The translations under genes were made by a program, and so were the position numbers. From Macrostomum hystrix (taxonomy: Eukaryota; Animalia; Platyhelminthes): a stretch of DNA of 64,000 bases. This document shows, in pieces, positions 38,301 to 53,600 of this stretch. Every line of letters begins with the position of its first letter. The stretch's first letter is position 1. The DNA lies in NCBI GenBank assembly GCA_950097015.1, contig CATNEN010000001.1:2542001-2606000 (forward strand), in the 5' to 3' direction. The notes under the pieces are model-generated. The model saw only the letters and a program-made list of their open reading frames with translations, ran no database searches and was not told the origin of the DNA.

Positions 38301-39859
38301 TTTGCGATGCCTCCGGTCAAGTCTCCAGGCCACCTTACCGTCGAAATGTGCCAGATGTCTCCGGTAGCGCTAATGTTGGCCTCCTACGCGGTGTGTTGCT
38401 AACTGACGCAGGAATTTTTCTAATAAATGAGCGTCGTATTTTGCTCCTCTCTCACGGATCTTTGACTCCATTGGCTCGATTTGAAATTGCAACCTCATCT
38501 CCATCTATTTTGTCATTCTTATTCGATTCCACTAGCACGGAAAGTTTGTACCTGTCCTTTTCGGACTCTTGCCTTGCTTCCATTGGGTTGCCACTAAGAC
38601 TCTACTTAGCAGTCTCTAAGAACGACTATAGCTTGACTTCATTAGATCCCTTATCGGTTTCTGGCATTCGCATCGACGTTATGTGCGACCAATTGCCGCC
38701 GCTTCTATCAGTTACCTGTAAACCGTGCTCGTCTCGCATCTACTATGCAACTGTGAATACCATAAATCACAATAAAAATGAGAACGACTCTGTCAGCGCT
38801 AGCTATGTATGCGTTCGCTCAGGTGATGCAATATCTGCCGGTTCAGATTCTGGTGTGCGTCGAATAATGTGGACGTCGAGTATTCAGCATCTGGTCGGCC
38901 TGCCAGCAGTTATACGCAGAAAGCGCTGTAATATAGATTCATTAGCTGACGAATTCGATGATAAGCCGCTCCTGCTCGCTGCCGATAGTAAAGGCTCGTT
39001 GTTGTTGATCTCTTCAAACGATGGTAAAGTGACAGATTTTCGTCAGCTGCCCAGTCCACTTCGTCGCATCGCCGTTGGCATCTATCGCGGACAGTTCGTT
39101 GTTGCTATGTGCGTGTTAGAACTGAACGGTGTTGCTTTGTCTCTAGGCATCAACCTAGCTGCAGGCCTGTTTGACACGAGAGAGTTTTCAAATCTTGGAG
39201 TCTCAGTTGGCTATGCTGGACTTGCACTGGTTGGCGACGCTCCCTTTCTGGCCTACGTTGACTCCTCGGACACTGCTGGGCGCCAATGCCGCATCTGCAG
39301 TTTGCCAACGGCCAGGGGAAGTCTGGCGCTAACTCCTTTGCCGGCTCATCGACCGCCGATTCGCGATCTAGCTTCCGCTGGAACCGATGTCTATGGAAGT
39401 AACAGCCGTCTACTGATCCTAGACTCTGGCGGTGTTGCCATTTGGGATATCGGATCATCCTGTCGCCCTGTTGCTTTTCTATCTGCGCCTCCGAATCTTC
39501 GGGTACTGGCAATGTGTCCCGCTGCCTGCCAAAATTCGCTGACCAACCCCATAGAAGGCTCTTATCCCGAGCGGCGTCTATTTTTAGTTTATGCCGACAT
39601 CAAAGAGGTCGATTCTCTCGACGCTGATAACAACATCAAGTTTGCCAAAGTCGGTTATGTATTTTTGCCGCCGCCGCCACCATTGAAGCAACAGCAGCAG
39701 CAGCAGCAAGTTTTGTTGCACCAACAGCAACTGCCTATACACCAGATGCAAGTTGCAGCACAATCTTCTGCGCTAACCCAGCCTTCGTCTACCGTGATGC
39801 CATTGCTTTTAACAGCAACCGGTGTGCCTCTAGTTCTACCAAATGTATCCATGAAATAG
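35261..39859 (+). CDS. Large terminal exon (~1530 codons) of a probable WD40/beta-propeller protein; upstream exons not identified
   Basis: 4.6-kb non-repetitive open frame starting at acceptor TTGGTTTCAG (phase 0; EEGDPSPEQPQQQ...). Beta-strand-rich, with a WD-like unit AHRPPIRDL...GVAIWDI near the C-terminus. First in-frame Met is ~290 codons in. Confidence 0.7.
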
Positions 39860-40509
39860 TTGGACTGAAACAAAACTTAGCTCTCTTTATGACTTTTTCC
39901 GCGTGTTTTTTCAAAGTTTTTTTGTTGTTTGGATTTACTCGTTGTGTTTAAAGTCTACTAAACCAATTTTTACAGAATATGTGTCTTTTTATTGTCGAAG
40001 ATTATTTTCACTTATGCTGCTGCTTCTATTCTGCAGTTTAATCTTCCCTAGTAGATATCCAATATCTGCTATTTCAGATCCAACAGTTGGAATCTATCAG
40101 TTGCCATATATACGAGTATATAACCTCGTATTTGTACTCTTATCATGTCCTATTGGACCGATTGACAGACAACACTTTTAAAGTGTTTGCGCTTTCCTAC
40201 CCAGTTTTTGCCTAATTTAAACCTTTGTTAAACTAAGTAAATTAAAATCTTTAGTTAAAAAAATCTGCATATAACTTTTTTTAGAACATGCATCGTATCG
40301 TTTTTTGACGCTAAGAACTAGGTTCTTCTCTCAAAACAATTTTGTTTGCTCGTAAGTAGCCTAGTTCGTTTTAGGTTTAAAAAAAGAACACGAAGTTAGA
40401 TGTTTTGTGTTTCTATTTTTAGGTAACTTTGGCGGTGTAATTAGGGCAGTGTAGTGTAATTATGATTTCGTTAGCAGATCCGTTTGTTTTGTGGTCTCGT
40501 CTTGTAGAT

Positions 40510-41330
40510 AGCATATCTCGTCTAGTAGATATCAAATCTCGTCTAGTAGATATCAAATCTCGTCTAGTAGATATCAAATCTCGTCTAGTAGATATCAAAT
40601 CTCGTCTAGTAGATATCAAATCTCGTCTAGTAGATATCAAATCTCGTCTAGTAGATATCGAATCTCGTCTATTAGATATCAAATCTCGTCTATTAGATAT
40701 CAAATCTCGTCTAGTAGATATCAAATCTCGTCTAGTAGATATCAAATCTCGTCTAGTAGATATCATATCTCGTCTAGTAGGTATCAAATCTCGTCTAGTA
40801 GATATCAAATCTCGTCTAGTAGATATCAAATCTCGTCTAGTATGTATCAAATCTCGTCTAGTAGGTATCAAATCTCGTCTAGTAGATATCACATCTCGTC
40901 TAGTAGATATCAAATCTCGTCTAGTAGATATCACATCTCGTCTAGTAGATATAAAATCTCGTCTAGTAGATATCATATCTCGTCTAGTAGGTATCAAATC
41001 TTGTCTAGTAGATATCAAATCTCGTCTAGTAGATATCAAATCTCGTCTAGTAGGTATCAAATCTCGTCTAGTAGGTATCAAATCTCGTCTAGTAGGTATC
41101 AAATCTCGTCTAATTGATATCAAATCTCGTCTAGTAGATATCAAATCTCGTCTAGTAGATATCAAATCTCGTCTAGTAGATATCAAATCTCGTCTAGTAG
41201 ATATCAAATCTCGTCTAGTAGGTATCGAATCTCGTCTAGTAGATATCAAATCTCGTCTAGTAGATATCAAATCTCGTCTAGTAGATATCAAATCTCGTCT
41301 AGTAGATATCAAATCTCGTCTAGTAGATAT
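40510..41330. repeat. 21-bp minisatellite (TCTCGTCTAGTAGATATCAAA)n
   Basis: Direct tandem copies. Confidence 0.95.
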
Positions 41331-41804
41331 CTCATCTCATTTAATAGACATGCCATCTCATCTTGTCAATTTATTCGCCAGAGTATACGTGAGGTTTTCC
41401 CTACGTGAAAATGTCATCCTGATCATTTTGTTAGACATGCGAAGAGATTAGTGTGTAAAAGTTTCAAAAATTCAGATTTTTGCTTAATAAAAGTGTATTT
41501 TCTAAACAGTTTCCTGGTTTAAATTATTTATTTCACGAATTTCCAGTTTGTTTTAGGTTTCGGAAGATCTTAATGCTAGATTTGTTTCTATTTTTACTCG
41601 TAGAAAGAGTTTTTGTTAATTAGCGGTGAAATTTTAGCCGCGTCACTTAGACGCGTCGTTTAAAACTCGTACACAAAATCCGGCCATTAATACATATTTT
41701 AAAATAAGACGCTATGAGTAGCGTTATTTCTCGTAGTAACTTTTTTTAGCCTGTTGTTTTTTATCGCAATACTCTTACCTTCAAGTATTCGCGATGTGAA
41801 TAAG

Positions 41805-44150
41805 TAGGGGAATAAGACAGGGATTAGTTTAGAGGGAATAGACAAGGGATTAGTGTGTAGTGAATAGACAAGGGATTAGTGTGTAGGGAATAGACAAGGG
41901 ATTCGTGTGTAGGGAATAGACAAGAGATTAGTGAGTAGGGAATAGACAAGGGATTCGTGTGTAGGGAATAGACAATGGTTTAGTGAGTAGGGAATAGACA
42001 AGGGATTCGTGTGTAGGGAATAGACAAGGGATTCGTGTGTAGGGAATAGGCAAGAGATTAGTGTGTAGGGAATAGACAAGGGATTAGTGTGTAGGGAATA
42101 GACAAGGGATTCGTGTGTAGGGAATAGACAAGAGATTAGTGAGTAGGGAATAGACAAGGGATTCGTGTGTAGGGAATAGACAATGGATTAGTGAGTAGGG
42201 AATAGACAAGGGATTAGTTTAGAGGGAGTAGACAAGGGATTCGTGTGTAGGGAATAGACAATGGATTAGTGAGTAGGGAATAGACAAGGGATTCGTGTGT
42301 AGGGAATAGACAAGAGATTAGTGAGTAGGGAATAGACAAGGGATTCGTGTGTAGGGAATAGAAAAGGGGTTGGTGTGTACGGAATAGGAAAGGGATTGGT
42401 GTGGAGGGAATAGGAAAGGGATTAGTGTGTAGGGAGCAGGAAAGGGATAAGTGTGTAGGGAGCAGGAAAGGGATTAGTGTGGAGGGAATAGGAAAGGGAT
42501 TAGTGTGTAGGGAGCAGGAAAGGGATTGGTGTGGAGGGAATAGGAAAGGGATTAGTGTGTAGGGAACAGGAAAGGGATTGGTGTGTAGGGAGCAGGAAAG
42601 GGATTAGTGTGTAGGGAACAGGAAAGGGATAAGTGTGTAGGGAACAGGAAAGGGATTAGTGTGTAGGGAACAGGAAAGGGATAAGTGTGTAGGGAGCAGG
42701 AAAGGGATAAGTGTGTAGGGAGCAGGAAAGGGATTAGTGTGTAGGGAGCAGGAAAGGGATAAGTGTGTAGGGAGCAGGAAAGGGATAAGTGTGTAGGGAA
42801 CAGGAAAGGGATAAGTGTGTAGGGAGCAGGAAAGGGATAAGTGTGTAGGGAACAGGAAAGGGATTAGTGTGTAGGGAACAGGAAAGGGATTGGTGTGTAG
42901 GGAGCAGGAAAGGGATTAGTGTGTAGGGAACAGGAAAGGGATAAGTGTGTAGGGAACAGGAAAGGGATTAGTGTGTAGGGAACAGGAAAGGGATAAGTGT
43001 GTAGGGAGCAGGAAAGGGATAAGTGTGTAGGGAACAGGAAAGGGATTGGTGTGTAGGGAGCAGGAAAGGGATAAGTGTGTAGGGAACAGGAAAGGGATTA
43101 GTGTGTAGGGAACAGGAAAGGGATAAGTGTGTAGGGAGCAGGAAAGGGATAAGTGTGTAGGGAACAGGAAAGGGATAAGTGTGTAGGGAGCAGGAAAGGG
43201 ATAAGTGTGTAGGGAACAGGAAAGGGATTAGTGTGTAGGGAACAGGAAAGGGATTGGTGTGTAAGGAACAGGAAAGGGATAAGTGTGTAGGGAGCAGGAA
43301 AGGGATTGGTGTGTAGGGAATAGGAAAGGGATTGGTGTGTAGGGAGCAGGAAAGGGATTAGTGTGTAGGGAACAGGAAAGGGATAAGTGTGTAGGGAACA
43401 GGAAAGGGATAAGTGTGTAGGGAACAGGAAAGGGATAAGTGTGTAGGGAGCAGGAAAGGGATAAGTGTGTAGGGAGCAGGAAAGGGATAAGTGTGTAGGG
43501 AACAGGAAAGGGATTAGTGTGTAGGGAACAGGAAAGGGATTGGTGTGTAGGGAACAGGAAAGGGATAAGTGTGTAGGGAGCAGGAAAGGGATAAGTGTGT
43601 AGGGAGCAGGAAAGGGATAAGTGTGTAGGGAACAGGAAAGGGATTAGTGTGTAGGGAACAGGAAAGGGATTGGTGTGTAGGGAGCAGGAAAGGGATAAGT
43701 GTGTAGGGAGCAGGAAAGGGATTAGTGTGTAGGGAACAGGAAGGGGATAAGTGTGTAGGGAACAGGAAAGGGATAAGTGTGTAGGGAGCAGGAAAGGGAT
43801 TAGTGTGTAGGGAACAGGAAAGGGATAAGTGTGTAGGGAGCAGGAAAGGGATTGGTGTGTAGGGAACAGGAAAGGGATAAGTGTGTAGGGAGCAGGAAAG
43901 GGATTAGTGTGGAGGGAATAGGAAAGGGATTAGTGTGTAGGGAGCAGGAAAGGGATTGGTGTGGAGGGAATAGGAAAGGGATTAGTGTGTAGGGAACAGG
44001 AAAGGGATTGGTGTGTAGGGAGCAGGAAAGGGATTAGTGTGTAGGGAACAGGAAAGGGATAAGTGTGTAGGGAACAGGAAAGGGATAAGTGTGTAGGGAA
44101 CAGGAAAGGGATTAGTGTGTAGGGAACAGGAAAGGGATTAGTTTGTTGGG
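41805..44150. repeat. 26-bp G-rich minisatellite (GGGATTAGTGTGTAGGGAACAGGAAA)n
   Basis: Two related subtypes, switching at ~42360. Confidence 0.95.
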
Positions 44151-44639
44151 GAATGGTAGATAGAGGGCACTATTTTTCAATCTTGCCTTGAACTTTTATA
44201 ACTTCTACATCTGACGTGAATTATAAGCTATATTTGGGTCACAAGTGAAAATTACTATGACGTCAGTTTATCAAGAAAAATGTAAAAAAATTCCATATTT
44301 TATATACTCCATATTCCATATTGCGTACGGCAAAAAATGTATTTTTCCATTAAAAAAAAGTAGAGTACCTTATTCAAATGTAAAAGTGTACCTTATTGTC
44401 TATTTTATAGTTAGCTCAGTACAGTCAGTGATATAAATATGTCTGCTTCAGTTGTCTAAAGTCTGCCCCAAAAATGTTAGTTTTTTTATTTAGCTTTTTT
44501 GCTTGGCAGAATTTTAATGCGAAGAAAAGTAAAACAAAGTAACTTTAAATTGCAGCGAAATTTCTTTTGCCTGATTCTAGTCCTATCTTCGAACCTAGAC
44601 AAATTCTTGGACTGAAATAGTTGAGTGACAGCGAGCAAC

Positions 44640-47600
44640 ATGCGGTTAACTCTGCTCAGATTGAAGCAGTTCTCTGAACAGGTGGCCAAGGATTTTGTTA
44701 AATATGGAACATATTCTCCTACACCTATGTCTATTAGCAAACTGCTGCAATTTGGTGAGGCCTGTTATTGATTGTAACTCATTCACGTATTCTCATCCTT
44801 CTCTTATTATCATCATCCCATAATCTCATCCTTCTCATAATCTCATCCTTCTCATATTCTCATCCTTTTTATATTCTCATCCTTCTCATATTCTCATGCT
44901 TCTCATATTCTCATATTCTCATTCTTATATTCTCATACTTCTCATATTCTCATTCTTCTTATATTCTCATCCTTCTCATATTCTCATCCTTATCATATTC
45001 TCATCCTTCTCATATTCTCATCCTTCTCATATTCTCATGCTTCTCATATTCTCATCCTTCTCATATTCTCATCCTTCTCATATTCTCATGCTTCTCATAT
45101 TCTCATCCTTCTCATATTCTCATCCTTCTTATATTCTCATGCTTCTCATATTCTCATCCTTCTCATATTCTCATCCTTCTCATATTCTCATCCTTCTTAT
45201 ATTCTCATGCTTCTTATATTCTCATCCTTCTCATATTCTCATCCTTCTCATATTCTCATCCTTCTTATATTCCCATCCTTCTCATATTCTCATCCTTCTC
45301 ATATTCTCATCCTTCTCATATTCTCATCCTTCTTATATTCTCATGCTTCTCATATTCCCATCCTTCTCATATTCCCATCCTTCTCATATTCCCATCCTTC
45401 TCATATTCCCATCCTTCTTATATTCCCATCCTTCTCATATTCTCATCCTTCTCATATTCTCATCCTTCTCATATTCTCATCCTTCTCATATTCTCATCCT
45501 TCTTATATTCTCATGCTTCTCATATTCTCATATTCTCATTCTTCTTATATTCTTATACTTCTCATATTCTCATGCTTCTCATATTCTCACCCTTCTCATA
45601 TTCTCATCCTTCTCATATTCTCATGCTTCTCATATTCCCATCCTTCTCATATTCTCATCCTTCTCATATTCTCACCCTTCTCATATTCTCATCCTTCTCA
45701 TATTCTCATGCTTCTCATATTCCCATCCTTCTCATATTCTCACCCTTCTCATATTCTCATCCTTCTCATATTCTCATGCTTCTCATATTCCCATCCTTCT
45801 CATATTCTCACCCTTCTCATATTCTCATCCTTCTCATATTCTCATGCTTCTCATATTCCCATCCTTCTCATATTCTCATCCTTCTCATATTCTCCTCCTT
45901 CTCATATTCTCATCCTTCTCATATTCTCATTCTTCTCATATTCTCCTCCTTCTCATATTCTCATCCTTCTCATATTCTCATCCTTCTCATATTCTCATCC
46001 TTCTCATATTCTCATCCTTCTCATATTCTCATCCTTCTCATATTCTCATCCTTCTTATATTCTCATCCTTCTCATATTCTCATCCTTCTCATATTCTCAT
46101 CCTTCTTATATTCTCATGCTTCTCATATTCCCATCCTTCTTATATTCTCATGCTTCTCATATTCTCATATTCTCATGCTTCTCATATTCTCACCCTTCTC
46201 ATATTCTCATCCTTCTCATATTCTCATTCTTTTTATATTTTTATCCTTCTCATATTCTCATCCTTCTCATATTCTCATCCTTCTCATATTCTCATCCTTC
46301 TTATATTCTCATCCTTCTCATATTCTCCTCCTTCTCATATTCTCATCCTTCTCATATTCTCATTCTTCTCATATTCTCCTCCTTCTCATATTCTCATCCT
46401 TCTCATATTCTCATCCTTCTCATATTCTCATCCTTCTCATATTCTCATCCTTCTCATATTCTCATCCTTCTTATATTCTCATCCTTCTCATATTCTCATC
46501 CTTCTCATATTCTCATCCTTCTTATATTCTCATGCTTCTCATATTCCCATCCTTCTTATATTCTCATGCTTCTCATATTCTCATATTCTCATGCTTCTCA
46601 TATTCTCACCCTTCTCATATTCTCATCCTTCTCATATTCTCATTCTTTTTATATTTTTATCCTTCTCATATTCTCATCCTTCTCATATTCTCATCCTTCT
46701 TATATTCTCATTCTTTTTATATTTTTATCCTTCTCATATTCTCATCCTTCTCATATTCTCATCCTTCTTATATTCTCATCCTTCTCATATTCTCATCCTT
46801 CTCATATTCTCATCCTTCTTATATTCTCATGCTTCTCATATTCCCATCCTTCTTATATTCTCATGCTTCTCATATTCTCATATTCTCATGCTTCTCATAT
46901 TCTCACCCTTCTCATATTCTCATCCTTCTCATATTCTCATTCTTTTTATATTTTTATCCTTCTCATATTCTCATCCTTCTCATATTCTCATCCTTCTCAT
47001 ATTCTCATCCTTATCATATTCTCATTCTTCTTATATTTCCATCCTTCTTCTATTCTCATGCTTCTCATATTCCCATCCTTCTTATATTCTCATGCTTCTC
47101 ATATTCCCATCCTTCTCATATTCTCATTCTTCTTATATTCTCACCCTTCTCATATTCTCATCCTTCTCATATTCTCATCCTTCTCATATTCTCATCCTTA
47201 TCATATTCTCATTCTTCTTATATTTCCATCCTTCTTCTATTCTCATGCTTCTCATATTCCCATCCTTCTTATATTCTCATGCTTCTCATATTCCCATCCT
47301 TCTCATATTCTCATCCTTCTTATATTCTCATGCTTCTCATATTCCCATCCTTCTCATATTCTCATCCTTCTCATATTCTCATCCTTCTCATATTCTCATC
47401 CTTCTTATATTCTCATCCTTCTCATATTCTCATCCTTCTCATATTCTCATCCTTATCATATTCTCATTCTTCTTATATTTCCATCCTTCTTCTATTCTCA
47501 TGCTTCTCATATTCTCATCCTTCTTATATTCTCATCCTTCTCATATTCTCCTCCTTCTCATATTCTCATCCTTCTCATATTCTCATTCTTCTCATATTCT

Positions 47601-50600
47601 CCTCCTTCTCATATTCTCATCCTTCTCATATTCTCATCCTTCTCATATTCTCATCCTTCTCATATTCTCATCCTTCTCATATTCTCATCCTTCTTATATT
47701 CTCATCCTTCTCATATTCTCATCCTTCTCATATTCTCATCCTTCTTATATTCTCATGCTTCTCATATTCCCATCCTTCTTATATTCTCATGCTTCTCATA
47801 TTCTCATATTCTCATGCTTCTCATATTCTCACCCTTCTCATATTCTCATCCTTCTCATATTCTCATTCTTTTTATATTTTTATCCTTCTCATATTCTCAT
47901 CCTTCTCATATTCTCATCCTTCTTATATTCTCATCCTTCTCATATTCTCATCCTTCTCATATTCTCATCCTTCTTATATTCTCATGCTTCTCATATTCCC
48001 ATCCTTCTTATATTCTCATGCTTCTCATATTCTCATATTCTCATGCTTCTCATATTCTCACCCTTCTCATATTCTCATCCTTCTCATATTCTCATTCTTT
48101 TTATATTTTTATCCTTCTCATATTCTCATCCTTCTCATATTCTCATCCTTCTTATATTCTCATCCTTCTCATATTCTCATCCTTCTCATATTCTCATCCT
48201 TATCATATTCTCATTCTTCTTATATTTCCATCCTTCTTCTATTCTCATGCTTCTCATATTCCCATCCTTCTTATATTCTCATGCTTCTCATATTCCCATC
48301 CTTCTCATATTCTCATTCTTCTTATATTCTCACCCTTCTCATATTCTCATCCTTCTCATATTCTCATCCTTCTCATATTCTCATCCTTATCATATTCTCA
48401 TTCTTCTTATATTTCCATCCTTCTTCTATTCTCATGCTTCTCATATTCCCATCCTTCTTATATTCTCATGCTTCTCATATTCCCATCCTTCTCATATTCT
48501 CATCCTTCTTATATTCTCATGCTTCTCATATTCCCATCCTTCTCATATTCTCATCCTTCTCATATTCTCATGCTTCTCATATTCTCATCCTTCTCATATT
48601 CTCATCCTTCTCATATTCTCATCCTTCTCATATTCTCATCCTTCTCATATTCCCATCCTTCTCAGATTCTCATCCTTCTCATATTCTCATGCTTCTCATA
48701 TTCTCATCCTTCTCATATTCTCATCCTTCTCATATTCTCATCCTTCTCATATTCTCATCCTTCTCATATTCCCATCCTTCTCATATTCTCATGCTTCTCA
48801 TATTCTCATATTCTCATGCTTCTCATATTCTCACCCTTCTCATATTCTCATCCTTCTCATATTCTCATTCTTTTTATATTTTTATCCTTCTCATATTCTC
48901 ATCCTTCTCATATTCTCATCCTTCTCATATTCTCATCCTTCTTATATTCTCATCCTTCTCATATTCTCCTCCTTCTCATATTCTCATCCTTCTCATATTC
49001 TCATTCTTCTCATATTCTCCTCCTTCTCATATTCTCATCCTTCTCATATTCTCATCCTTCTCATATTCTCATGCTTCTCATATTCTCATCCTTCTCATAT
49101 TCTCATCCTTCTCATATTCTCATCCTTCTCATATTCTCATGCTTCTCATATTCTCACCCTTCTCATATTCTCATCCTTCTCATATTCTCATTCTTTTTAT
49201 ATTTTTATCCTTCTCATATTCTCATCCTTCTCATATTCTCATCCTTCTTATATTCTCATCCTTCTCATATTCTCATCCTTCTCATATTCTCATCCTTCTT
49301 ATATTCTCATGCTTCTCATATTCCCATCCTTCTTATATTCTCATGCTTCTCATATTCTCATATTCTCATGCTTCTCATATTCTCACCCTTCTCATATTCT
49401 CATCCTTCTCATATTCTCATTCTTTTTATATTTTTATCCTTCTCATATTCTCATCCTTCTCATATTCTCATCCTTCTTATATTCTCATCCTTCTCATATT
49501 CTCATCCTTCTCATATTCTCATCCTTATCATATTCTCATTCTTCTTATATTTCCATCCTTCTTCTATTCTCATGCTTCTCATATTCCCATCCTTCTTATA
49601 TTCTCATGCTTCTCATATTCCCATCCTTCTCATATTCTCATTCTTCTTATATTCTCACCCTTCTCATATTCTCATCCTTCTCATATTCTCATCCTTCTCA
49701 TATTCTCATCCTTATCATATTCTCATTCTTCTTATATTTCCATCCTTCTTCTATTCTCATGCTTCTCATATTCCCATCCTTCTTATATTCTCATGCTTCT
49801 CATATTCCCATCCTTCTCATATTCTCATCCTTCTTATATTCTCATGCTTCTCATATTCCCATCCTTCTCATATTCTCATCCTTCTCATATTCTCATCCTT
49901 CTCATATTCTCATCCTTCTTATATTCTCATCCTTCTCATATTCTCATCCTTCTCATATTCTCATCCTTATCATATTCTCATTCTTCTTATATTTCCATCC
50001 TTCTTCTATTCTCATGCTTCTCATATTCTCATCCTTCTTATATTCTCATCCTTCTCATATTCTCCTCCTTCTCATATTCTCATCCTTCTCATATTCTCAT
50101 TCTTCTCATATTCTCCTCCTTCTCATATTCTCATCCTTCTCATATTCTCATCCTTCTCATATTCTCATCCTTCTCATATTCTCATCCTTCTCATATTCTC
50201 ATCCTTCTTATATTCTCATCCTTCTCATATTCTCATCCTTCTCATATTCTCATCCTTCTTATATTCTCATGCTTCTCATATTCCCATCCTTCTTATATTC
50301 TCATGCTTCTCATATTCTCATATTCTCATGCTTCTCATATTCTCACCCTTCTCATATTCTCATCCTTCTCATATTCTCATTCTTTTTATATTTTTATCCT
50401 TCTCATATTCTCATCCTTCTCATATTCTCATCCTTCTTATATTCTCATCCTTCTCATATTCTCATCCTTCTCATATTCTCATCCTTCTTATATTCTCATG
50501 CTTCTCATATTCCCATCCTTCTTATATTCTCATGCTTCTCATATTCTCATATTCTCATGCTTCTCATATTCTCACCCTTCTCATATTCTCATCCTTCTCA

Positions 50601-53600
50601 TATTCTCATTCTTTTTATATTTTTATCCTTCTCATATTCTCATCCTTCTCATATTCTCATCCTTCTTATATTCTCATCCTTCTCATATTCTCATCCTTCT
50701 CATATTCTCATCCTTATCATATTCTCATTCTTCTTATATTTCCATCCTTCTTCTATTCTCATGCTTCTCATATTCCCATCCTTCTTATATTCTCATGCTT
50801 CTCATATTCCCATCCTTCTCATATTCTCATTCTTCTTATATTCTCACCCTTCTCATATTCTCATCCTTCTCATATTCTCATCCTTCTCATATTCTCATCC
50901 TTATCATATTCTCATTCTTCTTATATTTCCATCCTTCTTCTATTCTCATGCTTCTCATATTCCCATCCTTCTTATATTCTCATGCTTCTCATATTCCCAT
51001 CCTTCTCATATTCTCATCCTTCTTATATTCTCATGCTTCTCATATTCCCATCCTTCTCATATTCTCATCCTTCTCATATTCTCATGCTTCTCATATTCTC
51101 ATCCTTCTCATATTCTCATCCTTCTCATATTCTCATCCTTCTCATATTCTCATCCTTCTCATATTCCCATCCTTCTCATATTCTCATCCTTCTCATATTC
51201 TCATCCTTATCATATTCTCATTCTTCTCATATTCCCATCCTTCTCATATTCTCATCCTTCTTATATTCTCATGCTTCTCATATTCCCATCCTTCTCATAT
51301 TCTCATCCTTCTCATATTCTCATGCTTCTCATATTCTCATCCTTCTCATATTCTCATCCTTCTCATATTCTCATCCTTATCATATTCTCATCCTTCTCAT
51401 ATTCTCATCCTTATCATATTCTCATCCTTCTCATATTCTCATCCTTATCATATTCTCATTCTTCTTATATTTCCATCCTTCTTCTATTCTCATGCTTCTC
51501 ATATTCTCATCCTTCTCATATTCTCATCCTTCTCATATTCTCATCCTTCTCATATTCTCATCCTTATCATATTCTCATCCTTCTCATATTCTCATCCTTA
51601 TCATATTCTCATTCTTCTTATATTTCCATCCTTCTTCTATTCTCATGCTTCTCATATTCTCATCCTTCTCATATTCTCATTCTTCTCATATTCTCATCCT
51701 TATCATATTCTCATCCTTCTCATATTCTCATCCTTATCATATTCTCATCCTTCTTATATTCTCATGCTTCTCATATTCCCATCCTTCTCATATTCTCATT
51801 CTTCTTATATTCTCACCCTTCTCATATTCTCATCCTTCTCATATTCTCATCCTTCTCATATTCTCATCCTTATCATATTCTCATTCTTCTTATATTTCCA
51901 TCCTTCTTCTATTCTCATGCTTCTCATATTCCCATCCTTCTTATATTCTCATGCTTCTCATATTCCCATCCTTCTCATATTCTCATTCTTCTTATATTCT
52001 CACCCTTCTCATATTCTCATCCTTCTCATATTCTCATCCTTCTCATATTCTCATCCTTATCATATTCTCATTCTTCTTATATTTCCATCCTTCTTCTATT
52101 CTCATGCTTCTCATATTCCCATCCTTCTTATATTCTCATGCTTCTCATATTCCCATCCTTCTCATATTCTCATCCTTCTTATATTCTCATGCTTCTCATA
52201 TTCCCATCCTTCTCATATTCTCATCCTTCTCATATTCTCATGCTTCTCATATTCTCATCCTTCTCATATTCTCATCCTTCTCATATTCTCATCCTTCTCA
52301 TATTCTCATCCTTCTCATATTCCCATCCTTCTCATATTCTCATCCTTCTCATATTCTCATCCTTATCATATTCTCATTCTTCTCATATTCCCATCCTTCT
52401 CATATTCTCATCCTTCTTATATTCTCATGCTTCTCATATTCCCATCCTTCTCATATTCTCATCCTTCTCATATTCTCATGCTTCTCATATTCTCATCCTT
52501 CTCATATTCTCATCCTTCTCATATTCTCATCCTTATCATATTCTCATCCTTCTCATATTCTCATCCTTATCATATTCTCATCCTTCTCATATTCTCATCC
52601 TTATCATATTCTCATTCTTCTTATATTTCCATCCTTCTTCTATTCTCATGCTTCTCATATTCTCATCCTTCTCATATTCTCATCCTTCTCATATTCTCAT
52701 CCTTCTCATATTCTCATCCTTATCATATTCTCATCCTTCTCATATTCTCATCCTTATCATATTCTCATTCTTCTTATATTTCCATCCTTCTTCTATTCTC
52801 ATGCTTCTCATATTCTCATCCTTCTCATATTCTCATTCTTCTCATATTCTCATCCTTATCATATTCTCATCCTTCTCATATTCTCATCCTTATCATATTC
52901 TCATCCTTCTCATATTCTCATCCTTATCATATTCTCATTCTTCTTATATTTCCATCCTTCTTCTATTCTCATGCTTCTCATATTCTCATCCTTCTCATAT
53001 TCTCATTCTTCTCATATTCTCATCCTTCTCATATTCTCATCCTTATCATATTCTCATTCTTCTTATATTTCCATCCTTCTTCTATTCTCATGCTTCTCAT
53101 ATTCCCATCCTTCTTATATTCTCATGCTTCTCATATTCCCATCCTTCTCATATTCTCATTCTTCTTATATTCTCACCCTTCTCATATTCTCATCCTTCTC
53201 ATATTCTCATCCTTCTCATATTCTCATCCTTATCATATTCTCATTCTTCTTATATTTCCATCCTTCTTCTATTCTCATGCTTCTCATATTCCCATCCTTC
53301 TTATATTCTCATGCTTCTCATATTCCCATCCTTCTCATATTCTCATCCTTCTTATATTCTCATGCTTCTCATATTCCCATCCTTCTCATATTCTCATCCT
53401 TCTCATATTCTCATGCTTCTCATATTCTCATCCTTCTCATATTCTCATCCTTCTCATATTCTCATCCTTCTCATATTCTCATCCTTCTCATATTCCCATC
53501 CTTCTCATATTCTCATCCTTCTCATATTCTCATCCTTATCATATTCTCATTCTTCTCATATTCCCATCCTTCTCATATTCTCATCCTTCTTATATTCTCA

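Noticed and set aside
40419-41451. Heptad-like ORFs on both strands (SRLVDIK / ISTRRDL)
   Set aside because: 21-bp minisatellite with no convincing start, splice context or unique domain.
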